Assembly: GCA_965153455.1 (NCBI GenBank)
Contig: OZ234493.1
Coordinates: forward strand, 9,538,213 to 9,602,212
DNA: 64,000 bases
From: Sphagnum compactum
Taxonomy: Eukaryota
Direction: 5' to 3'
Shown: positions 1 to 12,156 of the stretch, in pieces
Position numbering within the stretch: the stretch's first letter is position 1
How the letters are laid out: every line of letters begins with the position of its first letter
Notes under the pieces: model-generated
What the model was told of the DNA's origin: nothing
Database searches by the model: none
The model's input: the letters and a program-made list of their open reading frames with translations, nothing else
Made by a program: the position numbers and the translations under genes

Positions 1-28
1 TAGGCTAGAAGGGCAGTATTGCAGATAC

Positions 29-776
29 CTGTAGTAATCATCGCATGGATGTTCCCACACACTTTCTCCAGACTGGAAATTGAAATAGTAGATCTCATCA
101 TCCTCTGACCGGCTGCAAGAAGAATATAAAATAGACCAGGTATGCCAACTTCAGTCTCCTTGAACCAGGCAACGAGTTCTAGGGCAATCTACTTTTGTCA
201 ACACAGATTTTGAGTTTCCAAATCCCTTCTCTTGTTGTCCTGTACCGTATAGTTGTATATAAATAACTAAAAGATGCCTTACTACTTTGTTCATCTTGAT
301 GGATTGCAATCAAGAAGCATACTTAGGGGAAGGGGAATGGAGTCACCAAGGTTTCCAGTGCTCGGGCAGGGGAGCTTTCAGGCCTTCCCTTGCCACCCAT
401 AGCAGCTCACTCTCTTCAGGCAAATTCATTCCAAGCCATGTTGCATACTCCAGCAACTCTACAGTCAACAACATCATAGACACAAAGACATGTTTGGCAT
501 TTGACCATTTGTTTGGAAGCCACAGCATAGCAAAGCAAAGCATGCATGATGTGGTGGATCTAAAAATGTATCTTATGCATTAAATGCCATCTCATGAGAA
601 CACAAGAACTCTCATGTACACTTTCAGTGGAATTGCTTCAAAACAGCCTGATTCCCTCTTGTAGTTTGACCTAACTACAGGAAATGCCGAAGAAAATTTG
701 CACCTTCTTCAGTAGGCTCATAGTTTACATCAATTTCCTCCTCCAGCACAATATTGTCCCGTGGGAATCTAGACAT
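29..776 (-). CDS. CEP164: CEP164-like WW-domain centriolar protein, N-terminal part (exons 776-704, 458-347, 112-29; gene continues beyond the left edge)
   Basis: Splicing at GT-AG sites gives [90 protein letters not shown] with consistent intron phases. This matches the CEP164 N-terminus (VLEE..D..Y.P.E.E...A..LG......LW.AREG..APLP..WKPC) followed by a WW domain (YYFN..SGES.W.HP). Confidence 0.85.
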
Positions 777-2438
777 GATTGCAGTAAGTTTTTTGCCCTA
801 AGAGCCACACTCCTTGTGTGCAGATTCCCAAACTCCGTATTCAAACTATCCATCAAACACTGCAATTATGCTTTGGTGAGGAAACAGAAGTCTGTCTGAT
901 AACTTCAATTATAACTAGTTGCAGATAAAGAGAGGTTCAAATGTCATCCAGTCCTTCCCCTCCTTCTCTTACTTCTTGATCACTATGCTACATGTAATAG
1001 TCAATAGAACAGATCTCCTTGTCATCCACCACCCACTCCAAACCCTGTGAACATGAAAGCCCCCTCTCACCCATCTTTGATAATAATGCTCTTTTTTACC
1101 CACTCAGGCATAATCTCTACTAGGTATCATGATCAGTTTCACATCTGTATGCATGTGGACAGAGGGGGTTGATGAAGTCAAGCATTTCAGGGTTTAGGTC
1201 TGATCAAAGGACAAGCATTGCCCAAAGAAGCTTCCATTCATATCATAGACTTGATCACAATCCCTGTTTTGTACTTTCTTTCTCATTGAACTGCTTGGGC
1301 ACCATTGTTTTGTAAACAACTGGTGTAACCCAAAGTTTGTTTAAAAAAGACATGATTTTTTTGGGCCAACTGAGAACTATTTGAACAGTAACAAATGACA
1401 TGAGATATCCAAAACTATGCTGTGACCTTGGATGGTTGTTAGAAGGAGAAAATCAAAACCTAAAGTTTGAGGCTCACCTAACAATGCCATTGCTGCATTT
1501 GACAAGAAATCTGACTTAGCTTGATTGCACACCACTGGAGCAGCTTATTTGAAGATCCATCAAGCTATAGTCTTGCAGATCCAATTTGTCATTGTACAAA
1601 TTGATGTCTGGCATTTTGAAATTCTCACCAAGGACTTGAGTTCATAACAAATGGATCTGGTATACATGTGATCAAAGAAGCGTCAATGCCTGCACTTTCT
1701 CTATCACCATGAATTCTTCATAACCTTCTTTGCATGCAAGGTGTCGTAAACATCATGAAGTGAAAGAAGAGAACGCAACCACCTCACTGCTAAGCGGTTA
1801 TCACAACAAACCACCTAGAAACAAACAAACCTAATGGATTTGGAGATCATTGCAACGACTAAGTAATCCCGCTAAATATGTCACAGACGGTGGAAGGATA
1901 TCAGACAAAGAACCTGATGCAAGTCGCGCCGGACCCTCTTGTTTCCAAAGAACTTCTCTACGCAACCGAAGAAGAAGCACAGATCGCTTCGGCTACGAGA
2001 TTAGAAGAAGTACGGATCTATGCCGCCAGCGGGACCTCAAGAGTCTCACAGCTTCTTCCTGCTTGAGCATCCAGGCTTGTTGCGCTCCCTGATCAACAGA
2101 TTGCAGCCATGAAATGTTTGCGCGAAGAAATCGGGAAAAAGAATCACTCCGTGATCTGCCATTATGCTTGTTGAACGTCATACGTCCGCAATTCGATTTG
2201 CGAAAACGAGAGCATGCAAAGATCTTCAGGAAGTTCTTTCTCTCAACTTCAACAATCGAATTTCGAACGAGAGAATGCAAAAGCTTCGGAAACTCTCAAA
2301 ACAAGCCTAATGGAAACTCGACGACTACAAAACACAGTCGCAACCTGCTATGATCATCGGATACATGAAAAGTTTCTTTAGATTGCAACATACGTGCACA
2401 GCCGCATGATCACAGTAGTATATCATCTAATTCCAGAA

Positions 2439-2832
2439 GAAGGATCTGTAATTGCAATGGTTGATAAGAGTTCCAAACCATGAAGGATCTGCAATTGCTA
2501 TGGCAGATAAGAGTTCCAAACCATGAAGGATCTGCAATTGCTATGGCAGATAAGAGTTCCAAACCATTAGTTATCTGCAATTACAATGGTAACATTAGAG
2601 TTCCAAAGCTCGAAGGATATGCAATTGCAACAAGAGATAGAGTAACAAAATATGAAGGATCTGCAATTGCAAAGGTAGATTGAGTACCAAAACATGAAAG
2701 ATCTGCCATTGCAATGGTAACATAAGACTTCCAATACATTAAGGATCTGCAATTGCAACTGAAGAAATATTTCCAGAACATGAAGAATCTGCAATTGCAA
2801 CAGTCAATAGAGTTCCAAAACATGAAGGGTCT
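2439..2832. repeat. Minisatellite, 9 full units of 42-44 bp plus a partial unit
   Basis: Units start at 2439, 2482, 2525, 2568, 2612, 2654, 2696, 2740, 2782 and 2824. Consensus is gaaggatctgcaattgcaa-(variable)-gagttccaaaacat, with a palindromic TGCAATTGCA core. Confidence 0.9.
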
Positions 2833-3314
2833 AACACCCAAAATCTCAGATTATGAAAAGAATTACAAAGAACTGTGTGCACACAACATGATATTTCAGA
2901 TCTTGTTCTGTAACAAAATGTTTTTTTTTTTCTGGCACCACATTTCCCACGAGAACTTTTGAGCAGTACATTAAATGGTTGATCATGAAGAACATTAAAC
3001 CCTGCTTCTGCAATCACACCTTACCATACATCAACATTCCACATGGGGACAATGTATGCCTAGTCCTCTATGAGAGCCAGAAAGTAACATCGATACTATC
3101 ATGACCCCGTGGAAAAGGACATGAAAGCAAGTCCTAATTCTACATTACATGTGACAGCAGAACCTATGGTGCAAATGAACTGTAGTCAGATGCCTGTCAT
3201 TCCAAAATGATGCAGGATATGCAGATTGATCGGAAAGCATTGACCCAATGAGCCCCCAACTCCATTCATCCCATGGCTCTAATTTAGAGTTGAACCTTGC
3301 ACTGGTCCAAGCAT

Positions 3315-5166
3315 TTACTGACCATAGCGCCTTCTAACTGGACTGCGTGATCTGTGTCCTCGCGGGGATCTGCTTTTCACCAGAAATCGTAAAATGGGTT
3401 GTCAAACATGCCAGTATACTTTAAAACATGTCCAGAATCTGTCTACCCTTTATAGCAAGGAATCAACTCTTCACAAACCCCAACCCCCCAATGCCCTACA
3501 AAAATTGTAGACACAAATATTCCTCTTACATAAGCCCGAACCATGACCTGGACAACATAAGAATTTTGCAAATGCTGGAATTGGCACAGCTTTGAGATTG
3601 TTTGAATAGGCACAGTTTATGATCCAACTCCCTCAACACAAAATTGCATACTAGCAGTTTTGTTAATGACAAAGTTAATGATTTTGATGACTGACTCACC
3701 TTCTGCGGACATTCCGACGATGAAGAGGGCCAGTGCTGAACGCCCAATTCACAGAAATGGTTTGCAGAAGAAGCTGCTTCCCATTCAGGTTGTCAATGGC
3801 TTCCTGTGCCTCCTTCTTTGTCTCATATTCAATTAATGCATAACCCTGCAAAAAAACTAATTGCGTAAGTTCAAAACTACATCTGGATAGAACAAGAGAG
3901 AACACACCTGCAATAGGGCCTGTGTGTATGAATGGCATTGAAGGGATGTGTCTTAATTCAAGACAATATTGCTAGTGTGGGGATATTATCAGGATGGAAC
4001 CTGAGTATCAACATGAAGAGGTGCAAACCTTGACAAACCCAGTTCGACGGTCAAGATTGAGGTGCAGATTTTTGATCTCTCCATATTCTGAAAAAGTCTC
4101 ATGAAGATCATCTTCTTGAGCCTCCTCATGGACACCTGTCACTAGAATTATCCAGCCCTCCACAGCTGTAGGTACCCTGGGTCAAGGAGCTTCTACAATG
4201 AAAAACACAACCGCACATCTGAAATGACAGCAAGCACCAGGCTAGCTTCATGTTCCGTGAATGTGCAGGTATCTGACAGGCTATGCAAGATGACTGGATG
4301 GTTTGTGTACATGGACCCAAGCCCCTCCAGTGCTAATAAAGGTTCCAAAGATGGATGTCCAATACATGTGTAGTTGGACCACCAGGGAAGACTGAGAACA
4401 AAAACTACCCCACTACAAACCATCCACATCTATGAAATTGCAGAGACATCTCCATAACAACAATTCAAAGTTAACTTGACAATTTGAGTGTAGTCTTAAC
4501 TTTATGAGAGTCACTCACAAAGTGTCAGACTGTCACTTTCCTCATGAACAGCAGTGATGAGCAGCCATGACTACCCACTGACTTCATCAGCTGCAAATGG
4601 CTGGTGAAGATAAGTATATAATAATCAGCCCAGAACTAAGAATCAAAACTAACCTACTACAAACCATGTAGACTATTTCTTTCAGGACTTACTTCTGTAA
4701 TGTTAACAAGACGCATGTAATGCAAAAAAATCATAACAGATTTATACAACCCTTCCAATCCATGATCCAACATACTTGCAACAACCCAACATGAACCCTG
4801 GGTGTACAAAACACATGCCTAAAACAGAAGAGCTACAGTCTAGAGATGTGGGAGCAGGATTGAATGGATACATCTCTGAGGGCCAGGGCCACCCCCTGAA
4901 TCCAAAGACTCAAACTCCTTGGCAGCGAAGCGATTTGAGTGATCCAAGTTCACCTCTTCACGAAACCCTCGCCCTTTTGTCTTCCTTCCCGCAGCCCCAG
5001 CTCCGCCACCAACTGATGTAGCTCCAGATCCTGTGGTTGTTATTGTGGACTTGAGCTTTGGGGCTTGTGCTGTCACAACCTCAACATCCTCCATCGGCAC
5101 ATCATCGTCCAACAGGTCATCCTCTTCTGGCTCAAAATCCACGGCATCAACCTCTGCTGTTGCCAT
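3315..5166 (-). CDS. Y14: RNA-binding protein 8 / Y14, exon junction complex core (exons 5166-4872, 4165-4029, 3845-3700, 3369-3315; 210 aa)
   Basis: The spliced product contains [77 protein letters not shown] (RRM with RNP motifs) and a C-terminal RSRSP tail. All introns are GT-AG and the exon lengths sum to 633 nt in frame. Confidence 0.95.
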
Positions 5167-5530
5167 AGCAACCCCTATATTGCATACACACTCGCCAAAG
5201 AATAGGGCAGCCAAGTAAACTGCAAGAAAGCCCAAATCAAGACAATTTCAAACATTAGATGCTGTGAGCTGAACCTCTATTGAACCTTCAGCAATTCAGT
5301 CCAGAGATGGAGCTGCAAGAAATAGGTCACAGAATGAGTACATAATATCTTGTTGACATCAATCAATAACAGCAGAAGACAGCTAGGAAGATAAGATTCA
5401 GTATTGGTGACAGTTCTGTGGAAGATTTCATAAGACATTAGTCCATGGCAAAATATTGCCCATATTAAGACCTGCATGAAAGAGCTACCCCAACATGCTT
5501 GCACTGTAGGTGGAGCCAAATCTTTCTGCT

Positions 5531-6490
5531 GAGGGAGAGGCTAAATGTAAACCCTAACAGTATCCAGTCAATGTAGTGATCTCTTGGGTTTACATGACAC
5601 TCTCCAGCAGGCAAGAAAAATAAGAGCAACACAAAGGCAGAAACTCGCAATACTTTTTCGGATCATACATAAACACATGCCAATAGATATTCCTACCTGA
5701 GGGTGAGGCTAGATGAAAACCCTAACAGTGTACAATCAGTCCAGCAATCCCTTGGGTTTACATGACACTCTCCAGCAGGCAAGAAGAACTGAGAACCTGA
5801 CAAAGGCCGAAACTCACAATACTCTTTAGGATCATACCGAAACGCATGCCAATTTCCTACCTGAGGGAGAGACTAGATGAAAACCCTAACAGTGTACAAT
5901 CAGTCCAGTGATCTCTTGGGTTTACAAAGAACTAAGAACACAATAAAGGAGGAAACTCGCAATACTCTTTCGGATCATACCTAAACACACACAAGATATT
6001 CCTACCTGAGGGAGCGGCTAGATGAAAACCCTAACAGTGTACAATCAGTATTGTGATCTCTTGGGTTTACAAAGAACTAAGAACACAACAAAGGCGGAAA
6101 CTCACAATACTCTTTCGGATCATACCTAAACACACACACCAATAAATATTCGTACCTGAGGGAGAGGGTAGACGAAAACCCTAACAATGTACAATCAGTA
6201 CAGTGATCCCTTGGGTTTACAAAGAACTAAGAACACAACAAAGGCGGAAACTCACAATACTCTTTTGATTCATACCTAAACACACACGCCAACAAATACT
6301 CCTACCTGAGGGAGAGGCTAGATGAAAACCCTAACAGTGTACAATAAGTCCAGAAATCCCTCGGTTTTCCATGACACTCTCCAGCAGACAAGAAGAACTA
6401 AGAACACAACAAAGGCAGAAACTTGTTGAACAAAGGCAGAAACTCTTTCGAATCACACCTAAACGCATACCAATATATATTCCTTCCTTC
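5531..6490. repeat. Tandem array of 6 units (145-170 bp) in the Y14 5' leader region
   Basis: Units start at 5531, 5699, 5863, 6008, 6158 and 6308 with gaggg(a/t)g(a/c)gg..aaaccctaaca..ttgggtttaca..aagaactaagaacacaacaaagg..tcatacctaaaca..tcctacct. Every unit carries an AAACCCTAA telo-box. Confidence 0.92.
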
Positions 6491-7119
6491 ATACACCTAA
6501 GGTCTAGCAAACGGTACTACTCACGACACGCTCAAGCAGTCTCCCGTCCTCCTCTTCTTCCAACTGCCTTCTGTACTTCCTTAAGTCTTAAAACCCACTC
6601 CTCAAGACCAGAGGAATCCCCATACCTCTGAAAGAAATCCTCCGTAATGGCCATTAACATCCGAAACACACCCTCAAAAAACAAATTACAAAACAAACAA
6701 GGTCGAGGAAAAGAAAACGGCATCGTCATGCATGCGAGCTCCTCCGCAGCGCATTCAGTGAATGATTTCACACGCAGCCACAAGGAAAAAAACACCATTT
6801 GATGCAACAACAGAACTCCCTTCCATTTGCAGACGGACATGCAAAACACAATTGCACCAGCGGCACTTACCACCACATTCTCATCACCGATCTTTGATCC
6901 AAACAAACAAAAGCAGCCAAAGTTGAAACCATCCAGAATCTACCGCACTTGAAGAGCATCGAAATCTCACCTCACAACAACAAAAAAACACCCTTGCCAC
7001 CAGCGCCAAGAATCCACACACCCGCAGCCCACCCGTAAGCCACGGATTCAGGAAGCGACAAATCCTGTGTCCAACATTCCTCAGTGAAGCGTGGACGAAA
7101 GGAGAAGCTCGAAGAAAGC

Positions 7120-7140
7120 AAACCCTAGCCCTAACCCTAA
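7120..7140. promoter_or_regulatory. Telo-box-like cluster at the probable Y14 promoter / transcription start
   Basis: aaaccctagccctaaccctaa sits at the boundary between the GC-richer leader and AT-rich intergenic DNA. A minus-strand donor (GAG|GTGAGA, ~6970) lies just downstream in the transcribed direction. Confidence 0.5.
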
Positions 7141-10118
7141 TATAATGTGGGTATTCATTTTCCAGGGTTTTCAGAATAAAGTATACATGTAATTCTCAAG
7201 ATAGTTATAGAAAATGTTTTTTGAGAAGTTTTTTTAGTGTATTTTTTTACATTTTATCAACATGGAGTTAAATGATTTTTGTGTCCCTATTGAAATGCAA
7301 ATTGCAGGTCTAAAAATGAAAAGAAGATACACGTACTTAACCTTTTTTTTAATGGGTGAAATTTTAAATGAAAGTTTTGAAAATGAAGTTACTTTTTTTG
7401 GAGTTTCAATCTGGAGAAGTCAAGAAAAACATAGGAAAAGACATTAGATTTTTGTATTTGGTTTCAATAAATAGCCAAAAATATAATGGATAATTAAATA
7501 TCTGTAATTTATATTTAATTTGTAGCCAACTTTGGCTAAATCTTCCTATGGATGATTACCATTTTTTTTTTAACATCTTCTTATGGATGATCATCACTTA
7601 AAAGAGTGCCACCAACACCCTTTATTTCGGCCTCTACAAATATTGATCACATCCAACATAGTGTGTTAATCGTTTCCAATTCCCCACCCATAAACATGAA
7701 AAATGAGACAAATTATCATCCAAAATATATTGTGCAATTCAGTTTATTGTTGTCACGGGAGCTGCTCTTGGATGTTGAACGTTCTCCCCTGCTCGTAGGC
7801 TACATTAAAAAAATCATAAAAAACATTCGTCCTACTATTTAACTTTTGTTAACCAAGTATATGTGGTGCATAATGAGCTTTGATTGGAAAATGTTGCAAA
7901 ATGCTTATGATGTCATGCATTTTGTTGTCATATTTTCGGATGTTGATCCATAACTTCTTCAGCACTAGATTATTTGAAGCCATTCAAATAGCAAGTCAAG
8001 TGTTGGTTAAAAAAATTTCAAAACACATTAGAAAAATATGGATTCACAATTTTAATTTTTTTAGTATAATGCAAAGTTGAAGGTGTCAAGTGGAACACCA
8101 AGACAAAATCCTTCAAATTGCTTGTCTAGGGCTAGTAAACATTTGATGTGCTTAATAGTTTGTGCATTTCCTTGTAGAATTTTTTAATTAATTTGTTCAT
8201 TAATTATTTCAACAACCTATTATTTCGTATTCATACTTTGCACATCACTCAACTTGAAATGGTTACATTAGTTTTGCAAAATCTTGCAACAATAAAAGAA
8301 AATCCTATCTCCTACTCATCAATCATGGGACAATTAATCATCAACAACAATTTATGGCAATTTTTTTTTTCTCAATCAATCAAAGGTTGACATCCTCAAT
8401 AAGGCACTAAGCAAAGAAAGATTATTTCTCAAATGAATTACTCAAAAATGATGAAGGCCAAGCCTCATTGGCAATTTAATTTCAAAGTTCCATGTTGTTC
8501 CAAGAATCCTACCACATCAAAGCCAACATATTATGTTCTCTTCACACTCATGATGGGCCTTTAAGAAGGTTGCCATTCTTCAAATGCAATCACCTCTAAA
8601 CGCTGACCCCTAAAAAAAAATTCAATGTACGAGGCTAATTCAACCTCTTTCGTATACTCTCAAGCTTCACGAGTTTAACAATAACCTTGGACCAAATCCA
8701 GTCCTTCAAGAGTTATACCTATGTGACGATAAGGAAAACATAGGAAACAATAAGGTTGCCTCATTCTTACTTCAAGTTGGAACTGAAAAATGACATGAAA
8801 TGATGTCCATAAAGGGAAACACATAAGGATTGACAAAAGAAGACAAAAAGAGAATAACAAAAGCAAGCAAGAGCACTCGAGTGGTAGAATTGCAATGGAG
8901 AACTACATTGGAGAGAAAGAAAACACACCTCTCCATGCCAAAGACAACAACCTTTTCTATTTCCAAAATATCTCCATCTACGAGTGATGAAGCTCAATCT
9001 CCTTCTCTCTCCGATTTCTCCCCTATCACATCTCCCCTCTCAAGACATAGATCTCTTACCCTTCAAGCTCACTCTCTAATCCTCTTCCTTAGTGTGCCTT
9101 ACTTTTTGCTTTCTTTTACAATTTTGTGATGTAACTGAAGTGACGATCATTAATAAGACAATTTAACCAAATCTGACCAAGAAAAAAATAAAATTGTAAG
9201 CATCCTTATTATTGTTGGTCACCTACTGAAACTTAATATAAAATCTGATGATTTTCAAACTATTTTCAAATCAAAAATTGGAAATTTGGTAACTAGAAAT
9301 CCTTTTAAAAACTTTCTTTGCCAAATTTGGAATGTATATATTCACCAATTGGTGCAAAAAAACACACACACACACACACACACACACAAGGATTCTTTAC
9401 TTTCAAGTATCTCCAAATTCTATAATGTGGAGGAGTGATTGCTAGTCCAATCATTGTAGTCATGAAGGTTTCATACTTTCACAAGGTTTGATGCAATTGC
9501 TCTATATTGGTTTGGCTAGAATTGACAGCATAGTTACCTTCAAAACACTGTTTGTGGAGTTCCCTTTACAAAATCATTGCCATCATCAATTTTTTGGGAA
9601 ATTGGCATCAATAAGAGGAAAAACAACTCATTCTTGATGCTTCATTCCACAACTCCATTTGTACATGTTAGTTTGCTAGAATCATGTATGACAAGGATTG
9701 GAACTCTCTTTAAATATAGAAGGCCCAATAGGAAGATCAAATTCCATCAGAAGTTAGCACTTTGCACTTTGAATCTGATCAATCACAATGGTGCTGTGAG
9801 GAGCTTGGCGTGCATACTCATTATACTTGTTAACAAAGTATGCACGCACTTGCTGGATATACATGTATGTCCCAAATTAGCCCAAATGCTTAAGATGTGC
9901 TTTGCATAGTAGTACTGGTTGGAAGGATTTTCTTTCCTTTGATTAGACATGGGATAACAATTGCAACTGAAACAGAAATGGAGGTGAGAAACCTCCCCGA
10001 TTGTGGTCATTTTACACTCCAGTGAGTACTCAATCAAGAATCACAAAGTTTCCAAGAAATGGCCAATTCCTTTAGCTTTACAGAGATTGATCTGCAAATG
10101 GGCTGAATTTTTTGTTGA

Positions 10119-11697
10119 TCAGTCTGTAATAGCAATTGTGCGAAGCAAATTCAAAACAGTTTCGGTATCAGGGAGGGCAGGAATTGCGCCTCTGTGAGTG
10201 ACAGTGATAGCTCCACAAGCATTAGCGAATCTCACAGCTTCTCGCAACCTTTTCTCATCGTTGAGCAAGCTGATATCCTGCACCAGCTTGGTCAATATAC
10301 CTGCAACAAAAGCATCGCCTGCACCTGTGGTATCAACAACTTGCACTTTGAGGGTCGCAACTGTGCCTTTGAAACGCGGTGTGAAGTAGTGGCAACCATG
10401 AGGCCCATCTGTGACCAACAAAAGTTTCAAATTTGGGCGCCATGTTTTGGCACCATGATCAGAACTCGAGGTCAGCAACTCAACCTCTTCATATTCAACC
10501 TTGAAGGCCTTGTTGTTGTTGTCAGTGGCATCAGAAGAAGGAAAAGAAGCTGTGGAGGAGGTGGCAGTCAAGAACCTAACCTCATCTGCACTGACCTTGA
10601 TAATGTTAGCTTCATCCCAAATGCTCAGGATTTCTTTTCGAGCCTCTTCAGGAGATGGCCACAGTTGGAGGCGCAGGTTTGGGTCATATGAAAGCAGCAC
10701 CCCAGCTTCTTTGGCTATCTTCATAGCCTCCAAATGGGTTGACTTACAAGGCTCTGCAATGAGACTGATGGAACCATAGTGGAAGATTTTGGCATTGGTG
10801 ATGAGGTCATGGTCAAGCTCTTCAGGTACCTGTTGTTGTCAGTAGTTGCAAGCAAAACTTTAGAGAAAGCAATCAAAGAAAGAAATACCTCATCTCTGAG
10901 AGCATCCCCAGCGGTGCTCAGTATGTGACTCTGCACAATGAATTTTGATGAAGAAAAGTCAAAGATGCTAGTTCGGCTCAGCAAAATGGTTTTTGGGCAA
11001 GCATTTTGGCACAGTTTCCTCAGGCTGGCTTTCCAGAGAAGAGTGTAATGAATATGATATGACTGCCACTCCCTGATTGGTCCAGATGGTTTGCTATAAT
11101 GGTCTTCCACTTATTTGCAGTCCAAGTTTTAGTTTTCCCGGTTGAGTTGGAAAAAGCCAAATAACTAAACTTGGATGTGAGAAATATTTTTCCAGGGTCA
11201 CATACTGAGCACCGCTGCTGGGGATGCTGTGAGAGGTGTACGTGCACGGTCAAGTGCTTATTAGTACTTACCATGAGCATATCGGCAGATGGGTTGCGGT
11301 AGAAAATGAAGGTGCGTTCCCCATCGCTGCGGAGGCAGATGAAGGCAACGCCTGTATGAGCACGAGCATCAAAACGAACGCCGCGAGTCTCCACTCCGTG
11401 TTCCTTGAGTACATTAGCGAGCGCGTATCCGAATTCGTCATCGCCCAGTTTGCCGATGAAGGCTGCAGGGACGCCCAGTTTGCAGATTCCCGCCGCGACG
11501 TTAGCCGGGGCTCCTCCTGCACCCGCTTTAAACCCCGGTTCGTCGAATACTGGAAGACCGCCTACCGTCGGCACGAAGTCCACTAGAGCCTCTCCGAAGC
11601 AGACCACCCTCGACGGCTCTTGTTGCTTGGTTCTATCATCCGCTGCCGCCACCATCGCCTCAGCAGGCGGCGGCTGCTCATCACGAACCAACTCCAT
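10119..11697 (-). CDS. FRK: Fructokinase, PfkB family (exons 11697-11272 and 10829-10119; about 378 aa), probably cytosolic
   Basis: Contains [78 protein letters not shown] and FANACGA. Single phase-0 intron ATG|GTAAGT...CAG. No transit-peptide-like N-terminus. Confidence 0.95.
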
Positions 11698-11794
11698 AGA
11701 ACTTGGGAAATTCTCCTCGACTTAGCGACGAGTTCCTGACCTAATGTCCCAATTTCTCGTCTACGGAGTTTTCCTCACTTTCGGAGCAAACAGT

Positions 11795-12156
11795 CTGCAA
11801 ATAGAGACAGAGACAGAGAGCAACAGAAAATGAATTGTGGCTGCTACCAATTATCAGAATCAAAGCAAGCTTCCCACTAAGATTCTACTCAGTCCGCCAC
11901 ACCTGAACTCTTTCCTTCGCACCTTCTACAGAAAGAATTCTACAAGCTTGAAAAACAAAAATAACAGATTTGGTTATTGCAACATTCTGAATTCAGACCT
12001 AGTATGATATAGACGGACGAATTCACGAGGATCATCATGATCATATTATTGTCAACAAGGGTTTAAGAACAAAAAATGCAGCAAGAAACAAAGTTTGCTG
12101 CAAAAGAAAAAGGGGAAAGGAAGGGGGTGGGGGGGGGGGGGACCAACAACACCCAC
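11795..12156 (-). other. Putative 5'-UTR intron of the fructokinase gene
   Basis: Strong pyrimidine-rich acceptor ctctctgtctctgtctctatttgcAG at 11795, about 100 nt upstream of the ATG. Candidate donor AAG|GTGGGT at 12156. Confidence 0.45.

Noticed and set aside
1850..2353. Overlapping 60-95 aa ORFs on both strands
   Set aside because: No recognisable domain. This is probably the GC-richer promoter or 5' leader of the CEP164-like gene.
2439..2832. CRISPR-like look: conserved palindromic block alternating with variable sequence
   Set aside because: The variable parts are only about 10 nt and homologous to each other, the context is eukaryotic and there are no cas genes. It is a minisatellite.
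10194..11725. Plus-strand ORFs up to 165 aa
   Set aside because: They are antisense shadows of the fructokinase exons.
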